Shown here: in pieces, positions 1-10,639 of the stretch
Numbering within the stretch: position 1 is the stretch's first letter
How the letters are laid out: every line of letters begins with the position of its first letter
Source: Halocafeteria seosinensis
Lineage: Eukaryota
Assembly (NCBI GenBank): GCA_001687465.1
Contig: LVLI01000007.1
Span: 110,304 to 130,303 of the forward strand
Length of the DNA stretch: 20,000 nt
Direction: 5' to 3'
Position numbers and translations under genes: made by a program
The notes under the pieces: generated by a model
Told to the model about the DNA's origin: nothing
The model's input: only the letters and a program-made list of their open reading frames with translations
The model's database searches: none

Positions 1-1
1 G

Positions 2-154
2 AAGCTCGAGACGAAGAACATCTATAACTGCCCCGTCTATAAGACAGAAAGTCGGGGACCAACGTTCGTCTTCATGGCTCAGCTGAAGACGAAGAGTCCT
101 CCCTCCCGATGGATTATGGCCGGCGTAGCATTGATCATGGATGTTGTCGGCTAA
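2..154 (+). CDS. Axonemal dynein heavy chain, C-terminal 50 aa (5' partial; resembles outer-arm beta type)
   Basis: Not in the ORF track. Frame from base 2 reads KLETKNIYNCPVYKTESRGPTFVFMAQLKTKSPPSRWIMAGVALIMDVVG*, matching the dynein heavy chain terminal pattern YxCPVYKT..RG.T.V....L.T......W...GVAL. TAA at 152-154. Confidence 0.93.
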   Translation, partial: KLETKNIYNCPVYKTESRGPTFVFMAQLKTKSPPSRWIMAGVALIMDVVG

Positions 155-270
155 TTCATCCACAACTTTCTGAGTTGTGGTGACACACACTGTTAGAAGT
201 CGAAACAGTATCAACGAAAATACATGTTCGTACATTTCTTCCCGTTCACAAATGTTATTATTCCACCATT

Positions 271-1023
271 TTAGATAAATGCTGATTTTTCAAAGAAAGA
301 TCGCAGCGTATATATCTGCCATGCTGACATTCCTACCAACACAAGAAGTTCTAGCACCGAAAACCATAGTACACGAGCATTGGTACTCTCGTTTGCTGCG
401 GTGGCATTGGAACGTGTTTGGACAGCTGGATAGAGGCGGCTCTTATACGTAACTTACTCTTTCGAGCAGCTCTTTCTCTGAACCACATGTACCGCTGCTT
501 GTCGGTAACTTTGTCCATTCTGTCCTTGAGAACGGCTAATTCGCTCTCTAATTGACTAACATCATCTGGTTGGGGAGTTAACAACGATAAGCTCATAACA
601 ACAAGTATCACTGCTCTCGCTACTCGTACCTCGTTTCACAATATCCTGGTACAGGTCATTCCCTTTGTGTAGATTGAATCCAACCGACTTAGTGCCACTG
701 GTGGCGAACTGATTGTCGAAACAAACAGTGAATAGTCCATCCCGGTTGGCCACGACGCTAAACTGTCCATACACTTCCTTATCTTGTTCAAAATGTACTT
801 TCCCATCCTCATCCGTGACGGTCACTGTAATGTCTAGGAATCCACCGTCAGTCACCTCGTAGTTCCCAATCAACTTATTATCCTTCTCAACGTATTCATA
901 GAGGCACTCTTTTGTATTGGTCTCGACGTCCAATGTCGTTCCAGCGCAGATCTGCACACAGCACAGTACTAACGCTATACACGCGCCCGTAGGACCGGTC
1001 ATAGCACCACCACCTCTAGCCAT
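271..1023 (-). CDS. p24/emp24/gp25L (TMED family) ER-Golgi cargo receptor, about 208 aa, 3 exons
   Basis: Exons 1023-630, 565-458, 395-271; introns 629-566 and 457-396. Signal peptide, GOLD domain (ECLYE...CFDNQF), coiled coil, TNESTNARVLWFSVLE, TM helix, tail RSFFEKSAFI*. An alternative ATG lies at 1002. Confidence 0.93.
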
Positions 1024-1400
1024 CGTTGTCCTTGCAATGGACGAGAAAAACGAACACCAAAAGCCTATGATACAGGCAACAAACAAGGCTTCGTCGTACC
1101 AATATGACTAGTAGCAAGCGTCAGACACGATAAACTTTTCGTTCACTTTATATAATTGAAATGATTCTGTCACGTTGCACCACAGCGACCAGACAGACAG
1201 ACTCTGATAAAAAAAAATGCGCCTTGTCATTTGTCACTCGTTGTAGATTAAGAATTTTGTGGGTGTGAACGTACAATAGATGCCATCTATCCAGTATTCT
1301 CCAAAGTCTCACGAGAAGCCGGTATGCACAAGGCAAGCCAAGCTGTCTCAACGTTACAGCCTAGCCATCACCATCTTCCGAAAGTCCAACGAGACCCCTC

Positions 1401-1559
1401 ACAATCACGACAGAGTAAGAGCCAGAAAAGATGAAACTAACGAAATACGAACACCAAGAGAGCATGACGTAGAAATCACCCGAACAATCACGACAGAGTA
1501 AGAGCCACAAAAAGATGAAACTGACGAAATACGGACACCCAAGAGAGCATGATACAGAA
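1401..1559. repeat. Imperfect direct tandem duplication, 2 copies of about 75 nt, period 83 nt
   Basis: Copy 1 (1401-1474) and copy 2 (1484-1559) both begin acaatcacgacagagtaagagcca and continue ...aaagatgaaact.acgaaatacg.acacc.aagagagcatga with a few substitutions and 1-nt indels. Confidence 0.92.
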
Positions 1560-2136
1560 GTTGCGCCGTTCTTTATGGAGTTGACGGATTGCTTACAGAA
1601 GACGCAATTAAGAAGGGGTTTGACAACAACGTGGGACCAATTGCTAAGGCTTGGAGGGTGTACATTGAAAATTCATGTGTCTAATTCTTGAAAGCCTTAA
1701 GTAAGGAGCGAGTTTCTGATCGGTACTTCTGTCAAGCCGAGTTCACCTCTTTCAGCATCAGCATCTCACCCACTACGTTACTGGAGAGTTTTGAGAATGA
1801 AATCGGTTTGCCCCCTTTTCCCAGCAACTTTTGATAAAGTTGACGTTGTTCCCCGCTGCTCTTGCAGGAGTTGCTTCTGGTTCGGATCAAAGTTGAAGTT
1901 GCGGGGCATACGACAAGCAAGCTAGACGCTGGCTGTAAGAGACTTTGGTAAACAAATTGGCACGATGTGACCGTATGAAACAGTGCAGAGTATCATATAG
2001 TATAGCTTGATGCCATGGGGTGTTCCTGTTTTCTCTCTCGCTTCTCGTAGGGATAGCGTGCTTGTAGAACGACGGTATTCCTGAGTTGCTAGAGCATACC
2101 TGTACGCTTTTACTTTTGCACCATATTAACGTAGCA

Positions 2137-2899
2137 ATGTTTTATCGAAGAGTGACGGCTCTAGTCATTGCCCTCGTGGTATCGATTCTGTCCACAAGGA
2201 GCGAGGGACTGCTGCTCCACGTCGGATCTCGTCAACGGGAATGCGTCTTATTGGAAGCGCAAGAGCAAAATGAGATCGAAGGGTCGTTTGCGGTTATACA
2301 AACGGGGACCCGTATGGCGTCCAATGACCTCGCCGATGCGATTGCCGTGACGGCACACGACCCAAACGGCGCCACCATATACTCGAAAGCCACAGGCATC
2401 TCAGGAGAATTCACGACTAAGGCACGCTCGACAGGTGTATATGAACTTTGCTTTGACAATTCCAATGGAGGGAATGAAAAAGCTATAGATTTCGCATTAA
2501 AAACGGGGAATACTCGCGTCAAAGCCGTATCTGGAGATTCGGGTGGTATGTGCGGTAGTGCCTGCGGCAACCTGTATTCGCCTACCAAACCTCCCCATTG
2601 CAGTTGATAGCGAACAAGTGGCCGAGGAAATAGCAACCCTCAAGAAGAGGATAGACGAAGTCAAGGAGAAGCAATCGCACTACAAATTCAGGACCAAAGT
2701 GGCACAGGAAAGTAGGTCGTACATTTCTTGTTCCTTCTTGGCTATCTCGGTATTCGAACAGAACTGGTTGCTACGTTGCGCAGCGGATGAGAGCACGAAT
2801 TCTCGCGTGGTATGGTACGGTGTATTTGAGCTTTGCGTGCTTGCGGTTGTATCCGTATCGCAACTGATGTATATCAAAAAACTATTCAAGCACGTATAA
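2137..2899 (+). CDS. p24/emp24/gp25L (TMED family) protein, second paralog, about 210 aa, 3 exons
   Basis: Exons 2137-2545, 2604-2711, 2784-2899; introns 2546-2603 and 2712-2783. Signal peptide, GOLD domain (RECVLL...GVYELCFDNS), coiled coil, TDESTNSRVVWYGVFE, TM helix, tail KKLFKHV*. Confidence 0.92.
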
Positions 2900-2969
2900 G
2901 CATGGTTTCGTTTCCGGGAAGCTGAGGTCGATTTCACGGGAAGACCCAACAGAAAGAACAACCGAGAAA

Positions 2970-3623
2970 TTATTCGTTGAATTTCCTGAAAAGGTTTTCG
3001 GGATTCGTCATAGCTTTGAATTCCAAATTGTTTCCGGAGGGATCCTGCGAGATGGTCAAGGGCACACCCAATCTTAATGTTCTTTCTTTTCTCTGTACAA
3101 GTTTCTCTATATTTCCGACATATGAACGAACCTTAAAGAACATGGTGTACTGCTCTCCCGGACTATCTTTAAATCTAAGATGTGGTTCGATGATAAACTG
3201 TATCTGAAAGCCCTTTAGCCTTTCGGCCAATGCGTGAAATTCGTCCACAGTCAAAGCAGCACCAAAGTGAGGCACCGGAACTTCGTCACCGTCTACCGGA
3301 TTGACATGGTCCACAGCTCTGTATTCTTTGCCTACCCTGTATGTCCATGGTGAATAGACCCTGATGATTCACACACAGCTCAGTTAAATGTCCGTACCAA
3401 TGCACCACAAGTTGGTGACCATAAAAGTTATAGTCCTGCCATTTATCGGAGCTTCTCCCTTCAGAGCAACCCAGTATAGTTCCGTAAAAGTGTTTCGCTG
3501 CATTCCAGTGAAAAACAGATTACCGCCCGATTATCTACGGTATCTTCTCTGCAACATACCAGCTTCCAAATCGTGCACCGGCAGAGCCAGGTGAAAGGGG
3601 GGCGGGGCGGACGAAGTCGACAT
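2970..3623 (-). CDS. VOC (glyoxalase/bleomycin resistance/extradiol dioxygenase) family protein, COG3565-like, about 147 aa, 4 exons
   Basis: Exons 3623-3560, 3497-3398, 3336-3132, 3044-2970. Spliced protein: [55 protein letters not shown]...[12 protein letters not shown]...[27 protein letters not shown]. The His/His/Glu metal ligands (PFHLA, PHFG, LEFK) are intact. Confidence 0.92.
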
Positions 3624-3822
3624 TCCCGTAGAGTCCAATATATTGTATCCTTGCATGAAGACAACAATCCTATACAGTACTCTTCGTTTCCATTCTCCAG
3701 AGCTTGAAGTTGCATCAAGTCAGGAATCCACATCTACAGTGTACAATGGCAGGAAGCGAAAGTGTCGATATCAGGCTTACACAGCAGAAAACGCCCATAT
3801 CCATCCTTTGCTGTCCAGAAAC
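3624..3822. promoter_or_regulatory. Putative bidirectional promoter region between the VOC gene and the UbiA-DoxX gene
   Basis: Only 199 nt separate the two divergent ATGs (3623 minus, 3823 plus). No specific motif was established. Confidence 0.45.
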
Positions 3823-6014
3823 ATGTCAGGAACTCTTCGTAAACGAAAACAAAGCCCGGGGCGTCGAGCGCCCCCTCAGCCGGATTGGACGAAAACGACG
3901 ACAACATCCGCCAATGCATCCGCCAATGGGGCACCGAGCGAATTGGTGTCGATATACTGGCGCGAGAAGGGAGCTTGGATGAATGCAACTCTCCGTGACT
4001 TAGTAAGTCCAGAATGCGCATGTGGTTGGTCTCCATAACTTGTATATGACGTCAGTATGCAGTTCATGTCATGCAGACTATGGAGTGCACCCGCATCTCT
4101 GATGCCCATTTTACTGACCGCGTTTCTCGTGCAAGCTGTATCGCCTGCGTATAATTCATTTCACCGGGTACCAGAAATTCCTGTGGTCAACGCCTGGCTG
4201 GGTTTGAACTGGTTAAATTTTGACGTTCTAGATCTGGTACTGGCGATACTGGGGGGCGTGGCCACTCACCTGGCAGCGAATCTCATCAATACGTATTTTG
4301 ACTACTTTAACGGGATTGATACGAAAGCAACCGCAGATGATCGAACGTTAGTTGATGGCAAGGCTATCCCGGACACGGTGGCAACATTGGCAATTGTTTG
4401 CTTGACTATTTCCGGAGCCATTTGTGGGTACTACGCCACAATGATCGGAACTCCCTTCCTCACTGTGGCCGTCTCCGGCGTTTTGCTAGGAATTCTGTAT
4501 ACTGCAGCACCGTTGCAACTAAAATATAAAGGGCTGGGAGGGATCACGGTGTTCGTGTGCTTTGGGCCGCTAGTAATGAGTGGGGCGGCCCTGATTCTTT
4601 TACACCGCTCAGAAATGCAATGCGAGGCACTTTCTTGTGTCCCTGGTAGTCTCTATGTCCTTTCATGCGCAGTTGGAGCTCTTACAGCTGCCATTCTGGT
4701 AAGTAATGATATCGAGGTTACGCTTTCCTCGAGCTCTACCGCTTGCACAGTTTATTCCTGCAGCACGCAAACAACACCCGCGACATTGTCCCGGATGCTG
4801 CCCGAGGAGCGGCAAGCATCGCCCAAAGGCTATCATTTCGTAGTAATTTGACTGTGTATACGCTGCTATTGGGAACTGCATATGTTGTTGCAGCTATTGG
4901 GATAATGATGGTGTATGTGGAACAAAGTATCAAATACAATTCCTCGGCTGCCAGAGACCTTAAATCTCTTCCGGTTATCGGACAGGCAGCACTCGCCGTG
5001 TCAACAGCATTTCGCGTTCATCTCAGACACATGCATAAGATTGTTCTAATGGCTTGCTCTATGGCCACATCTTCTACTGAATTCGTGTCTGATATGGCTT
5101 TGGCTTTGATATTGAGCACCCTCCGAAGAGATGGTCTGCTCAAGATAGGAGCTGGCCAGTTGATGCTGTTGATACCCTTACCTTGGACTCTTCAACTTAT
5201 TCGCCGTTTTCGAGAGAAGCTCCTCAGAACTCTTCCGCAGTTTACTGCTCAGTTTGAAGTCCTGTTCGTATGCGCCGTGGGATGCTCGTTTCTCACATTG
5301 GGGTCGTTGGCAACACTTTTTCTTGGCATTCTCTATACGTTGGGTGCCGTGAACAATTTCCTCATGTGGCATCATATTTCAGAACTCGTGCATGCCAAAA
5401 TGAATAATTTCTATCAATGCATTTTCCCAGGCAAACAGCTGGCCAGGGTGGTCAGCTTTAGCTCTGCAGGTGCGGCCACCGTAACTCAATTCATATTGTC
5501 GTTAGGTTTCATGTTACATGTATATCAACGAGAGTGTGCGTGGGGTCTGTTTTTCTGGACGTTACTTGTATCAGTTATCACGCATGACTTTTGGAATTCC
5601 GGGAGCGGCGAATTTGACGACTCATCTGGAGAGTACGTAGATGTTCCGGACTATGCTCCTTCAAGAGCCAATGGTACGCTATACAGCGCGGCAGAATTGG
5701 ACAGCGATAATGTTGGAGCAGCAACTCCTTCGAGAAATAAGACAGATGGAGCCTATGGTCGATCTAAACGCTCGAGGTCAAAGACGTCCTCAAGAAGGAA
5801 ATACAGTAGTGACATGGAGACGCTACATCCAGAAACATCGACGCCGAATGAAGTTCTTTGGGATGCTAGCATAGCCGTTAAAAAGGACGCAGTGAATTTA
5901 GTACCAGTGTTTTCTAGGGCGTTCGACAACCAGTTCGTTCACTTCTTCAAAAACATCGGAATGGCAGGAGGGCTGTTGGTCTTCCTCGCAGCAACAGGAG
6001 AATACGAATTTTGA
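3823..6014 (+). CDS. UBIAD1: UbiA-family prenyltransferase (UBIAD1/MenA-like) fused to a C-terminal DoxX-like membrane domain, about 688 aa, 3 exons
   Basis: Exons 3823-4002, 4063-4698, 4764-6014. UBIAD1-type motifs: RLWSAPASLMP, ANLINTYFDYFNGID, DDRTLVD, LYTAAPLQLKYKGLG, ILHANNTRDIVPD, LPQFTAQ. From about 5307 a DoxX-type region follows, with HDFWN and QFVHFFKNIGMAGGLLVFLA. Confidence 0.88.
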
Positions 6015-6444
6015 GCCACCCGTGCATCGACATACTCTCGACAGAGTTAAGATTGAATAGTACATGCTACATTAAGTTCGGGGCGAGAGTTGTCCGTTCT
6101 TGTAGAGTTCCTCCCTCAGGAGGCAGCGGTTGCGAGGTATCCGTACTTCGCCCCGACGAAAGGACGGCAAGCATTGTACTCCCTTGGTAGATTTAGAAAA
6201 ACGTAGACAATATAGCTTAGATAGAAAGAAAAATAATGCAACAAAGAAGCGTGCATAGTTACTCTACTTGCACCATCTGCTTGTATTCATCTTGCGGTGC
6301 TCCGAGGGAGTCTGAGCTCGCTTTCGTACAACTTCAACTTGGCAGATTTCAAATGAGCTAAACGCACAAGCATCAGGCATGCACATTGGGTGGGATTTGT
6401 ATGGCCCCCTTTCGAAATTCAATTGAATACGCTCGGGTAGAATC

Positions 6445-8337
6445 ATGTCGTCGAGCGCAACGAGCGACAATCATGAAAACGGAGAGGAGGACGAAGAAGA
6501 TAAAAAGCTCCCGGCAGTGCTCTACCGTGCTTCCTTTCATAATGCAGTATGGGACGTCATGCGCAAGAAAGCAGGGTGGAAAGAGACTACGAGGTATGTT
6601 TGGCTATCCCTCTGTCCTGTAGCGTGGCTGAATTGATGGGTATAGGAGCCTGCAGCAACGTAGATTGGGACTTCAATTGGGCTGATGTGGGCTGGATTCG
6701 AGAGCATTTCGATAACATACATATGGAGGAGCATCAGAAGGTCAACCACTTTCGCAACCACTATGAGTTGACGCGCAAGGATTTGTTGGTCAAGAACATC
6801 AAACGCATGAAAAAACAACTGGAAAAATCTGAGTCCAAAGACGAAGCAAACAAATACGACTTCTTACCCGAATCCTATGTACTGCCTGGAGAATATGGTA
6901 TGGCGGATGAAGAGAACTACGTGGTACATTTCTTCTTGTTGAATTCTTACTTGTCTATCGCCGTTGAACGCAGGCTTATTTGTGGAAGCATTTAAAAGAC
7001 GACCTGGAGCGACATGGATTATGAAACCCATTGGCAAAGCACAAGTAAGCAAATCTGTCTGAACCTTGGAGTGCATGAGTATACTGAAAGCTTAACTTGC
7101 GTAACAGGGCCGCGGTATTTTTTTATTTAACAAATTGAGCCAAATTAGTGACTGGAAGAAGGATCATAATTGGAATGCTGATGCCCCTCAAGCCGAGACT
7201 TATGTTGCTCAACGATATATAGCAAACCCGTATACAATTGGAGGTGAGCTGTCTTAGAAAGATATATCAATCCGGACAGTATTCTAGCACCAAAAAGTTT
7301 GCGGCCACAGGCAAGAAGTTCGACATACGTTTGTATGCCCTGGTCACCTCGTTTAGCCCTTTAACCATCTGGCTATATCGGTCTGGATTTGCTCGATTCT
7401 CGTTCACCCGCTATTCGCGAGATAAGGCTGATCAAAACAATTTGTGTATGTCTTGCAAAGTTGCCTGAGGTAACCATATACATTGAAAATTTTCGTTTAA
7501 TGTGATCGCACATCACAGGGATGCATCTAACAAATGTATCAATTCAGAAGAAAGCTGAGGAATACGATTCAGCTCGAGGCTGCAAGATGTTTGTGCGAGA
7601 ACTTAAGTTATTTCTGGTAAGCTTTGGAATGTTTGTATTTGTGATTTTGTCACTATATGTATAACATTCTTTTCCGCAGGCGTCGAAACATGGGATGCCG
7701 GCTGTAGAAACGTTATTCGCTGAGACTCAAGTAAGTTTGGAACAGCGTTTTTTCTCTTGCGAAATCAGCTCTTGACTAAGATAAATGCCAACAGGCACTA
7801 ATTATACGCACTCTCTTGAGCGTCCAAAAGGTTATTATTCAAGACAAGCACTCGTTTGAGCTGTACGGTTTCGACGTCTTATTCGATACGAGTTTGAAGC
7901 CATGGTTACTGGAGGTAAATGCCTCGCCCTCGTTATCTGCGGACACTGATACGGATTATCAGCTGAAATACGGACTTATTGAGGATACATTGGATGTTGT
8001 AGATGTGGAGTCGCACAGATCGGGAAAGGAAAAGCGTGTAGGTGGGTATGATCTCATTTGGGAAAATGGTCCCGTAGAGACAGATTTGCCCTCGACTACT
8101 AGTACTGGACTAGGCTGCTACAACTCTACATTAGAGAATGTAATTAAGAGAAAGATAAGGAAGCCTCGGAAAAAGAAAGATGACAACTCGGCTTCAAACG
8201 TACGACCGGACTCACCGAATCCGGACATCCTACTTCCAATTCCTGCCAGTCAGGACTCCTCGAATGCACCGCCGGCAAATTCAGACCACGGCTATCTATG
8301 GACCCCTGAAAGTCAACGCCATATCCCAAGACCATAA
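6445..8337 (+). CDS. TTLL9: Tubulin polyglutamylase, TTLL9-like (TTL family), about 474 aa, 8 exons
   Basis: Exons 6445-6593, 6656-6897, 6974-7044, 7108-7243, 7311-7445, 7519-7616, 7680-7730, 7795-8337. Motifs [86 protein letters not shown]. Confidence 0.92.
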
Positions 8338-8473
8338 GAATACACACTAGAGAAATGAAAAGAAAGAGTTTTTTCCATGGCACTTTCAATATTATAAGTC
8401 ACATTTGTTTCCTATCTGAAGCGATTGGTATCGTGAATAAATATCGCTGCTATGAGGAGACGATGATAGCCAA

Positions 8474-9247
8474 TCATAGATATTGACTCAAGAACTGTTT
8501 CCACTGCTGTACTGTCCATGTAGATTCAGCTGGGGCCTGAACGCCGTTTAGAAGGAAGCTCGGTGTCCCCGTAACTGAGCGACTGCAGGCATACTTCCAA
8601 CTCGTTCTTGTGTCTAAATTCAATGTTCGATTGTTGAGGCCATCCACGAAGTCACTCTGAGAAACTCCCAGGGAGCTGCTAGCCAATTGTCCAAACTTCT
8701 CTATCACGTCATTCATCGTCATATTAGCTGTCTCGTCGTTTCCAAACTCATCTTGATGGGCATACACCGCTGCAGAACGCAAACCGAGTTAATTGTTTGG
8801 CGTGGGATATGACGTCACTTTTCGCACTTACCTTCCATCCAGTTGTACGTGTATTGCACAGATCCTCCTAGCGTTTCAGCCACCAGTCCTCCTTGGTTTG
8901 CGATAAATGAGTTATGATGATAGGGTAGAGGGAATACATGTAAATAGAAACGGATCTTCGAGGGCCCGAACGTCATCAAAGTCTGCTTCAGCGCTGGCCA
9001 GCTCGCTTTGGAGTCCGGGCACATAAAGTCATAAAACGCTTCCAAGAGCAAAGGAGCATCGGCATTTCCCTGCAACAAGTTGTGCAAACATATTCCAGCA
9101 TTGGTCTACTAGTTATAGTACCGTGCTTACCATAGGGAATCCATCATACCTCCGTGGAATCGGTGCGGACTGTGCTGAGGCTCCAGGGAACGAAATCATA
9201 CAAAGTGCTTGTATTAAGCACAAACCACTCAATGTCAGTCTGTTCAT
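8474..9247 (-). CDS. Secreted/lumenal DsbA-like thioredoxin-fold protein with a CPDS (CxxS) site, about 216 aa, 3 exons
   Basis: Exons 9247-9131, 9069-8832, 8769-8474. Signal peptide, then PIPRRYDGF, EAFYDFMCPDSK, FPLPYHHNSF, and WKYACSRSVTGTPSFLLNG (cis-Pro loop). Confidence 0.88.
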
Positions 9248-9518
9248 TATGTCTACTTTTGTTCTTTATTTTCTCTTGAAAACAGGAGGGGAAACGATGG
9301 GGAATCAATTCTAAACGACAAACGGGTCTGGCTGATCCTGGGATTCCTCGTGTGGGAGCTCGCAAGTTGCAACACTGATCTTCACAAAATGTTCATACTC
9401 TTCTCGAACCGCATACAGAGGGTATATTGTGTCATTGAGTGGGTGAGTCCACGTCGGTGCAATACTTTTTTCGGTTTTTTCCTTGGACCCCGTTGTGGAG
9501 GGGGGGAGGGGATTCACC
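9248..9518. promoter_or_regulatory. Putative bidirectional promoter region between the DsbA-like gene and the elongase gene
   Basis: 271 nt between divergent ATGs (9247 minus, 9519 plus). No specific motif was established. Confidence 0.4.
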
Positions 9519-10610
9519 ATGTTCATCCAGTATTGGCCCCAGTTCGGGCAATTAGAACCTCCGAGTCCAGTCAATACAGCTTCCTATTACGTCTCAGAGC
9601 GTAATGTAGCCGTCAGACAAGTTTTTCAGGACTTCCCTTGGCTGTCCAAGGTATACCCGTTCGAATGGGAACGAAATGTGGATGTATTCAATTTCAGTCA
9701 ATTTGCGAAGGATCATTGGTATCTCTCGTGGCTCGCTGTTGGACTTTATCTCCTTTTTGTTTTCTCGGCCAAGTACATGGGGTTGGAAGACCCCCCGAAA
9801 CCATCGAATCCAAGGAAATCAGCCACGAACGCCTGCAGCCCGTTAAAATTGTAAGCTAGCGTGTTCTGGCTCCTGGTTGTCGAGTTCTATCGAATGAGGC
9901 TTTTATTCTCTGGGAACGCAGAACTCTGGCGTTATGGAACTTGGGACTCTCACTATTCTCCTTTATTGGAAGTATTCGCATGATTCCCCAGCTTTTAGCA
10001 AATTTATACTTATATGGGTTTACGTTTACGGTAAGTGCTCGTCGTTCGTGGGTCTCTTCCAGATGACTTAGGTGAATCTGCTGAGCTGCAGATTCTCGAG
10101 GATGGTGAACTAAATGGCGGTCAGGGAGCAAGTGGTTTGTGGCTAATGCTGTTTATCTATGCAAAATATTTGGAGCTCTTCGATACAGTATTTTTAGTAA
10201 TAAGGCGAAGGAAGATATCCTTCTTGCATTGGTACCATCATGCAACAGTATTGCTTTACTGCTGGCGTTTGTATGCTGACCGACCAGCAGTGGGGATTTG
10301 GTTTGCTGCTATGAACTACGTCGTGCATTCAATCATGTACTTCTACTACTTTTTAACAGCCGTAAATATCCGCCCTCGATGGGGTATTTTGGTCACCGTA
10401 CTCCAATTAACACAAATGGTAGCTGGAATGGTGTTATGTTTGTTAATTGGCTACTTTCGGTTCTACCAACCGCAGTTACCGAGCCATGTTACCGAAGGAG
10501 CTTTCTACTTTGGCATTGTGATATATTCCTCTTACTTCGCTCTCTTTCTTTCGTTTTTCTTGGAGCGCTATGGGTTTAGTATGCGGACAACGAAGGAGAA
10601 GATCTCCTGA
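9519..10610 (+). CDS. Fatty acid elongase (GNS1/SUR4/ELO family, ELOVL6-like), about 319 aa, 3 exons
   Basis: Exons 9519-9850, 9922-10030, 10092-10610. Motifs LALWNLGLSLFS, KYLELFDTVF, FLHWYHH histidine box, MNYVVHSIMYFYY, LQLTQM; C-terminal KEKIS fits a KxKxx ER-retrieval signal. The start codon is less certain than the rest. Confidence 0.93.
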
Positions 10611-10639
10611 TGTTTTCCAAAATAAGTTTAAAAAGAGAA

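Noticed and set aside
1158..1164. Oomycete-type initiator YCAYTYY matches upstream of several genes
   Set aside because: A degenerate 7-mer expected about once per kb per strand by chance; not supportable without TSS data.
1280..1501. 73-aa ORF crossing the tandem repeat
   Set aside because: No homology cues, and the repeat copies differ by frameshifting indels.
1551..1920. Short open frames between the p24 genes
   Set aside because: No recognisable domain and no consistent exon chain could be built.
2232..2636. 134-aa minus-strand ORF
   Set aside because: Antisense to the second p24 gene; no independent support.
6080..6155. tRNA gene or HDV-like ribozyme call for the GC-rich element
   Set aside because: Acceptor-like stem and length fit a tRNA, but there is no U8, D-loop GG, TTCRA T-loop or 7-nt anticodon loop. 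For HDV, the P3/L3 region is far too long and P1.1 is missing. Kept only as an unclassified structure.
9497..9511. G-rich run just upstream of the elongase ATG as a G-quadruplex
   Set aside because: It lacks four separate G3 tracts; at most a weak two-tier structure.
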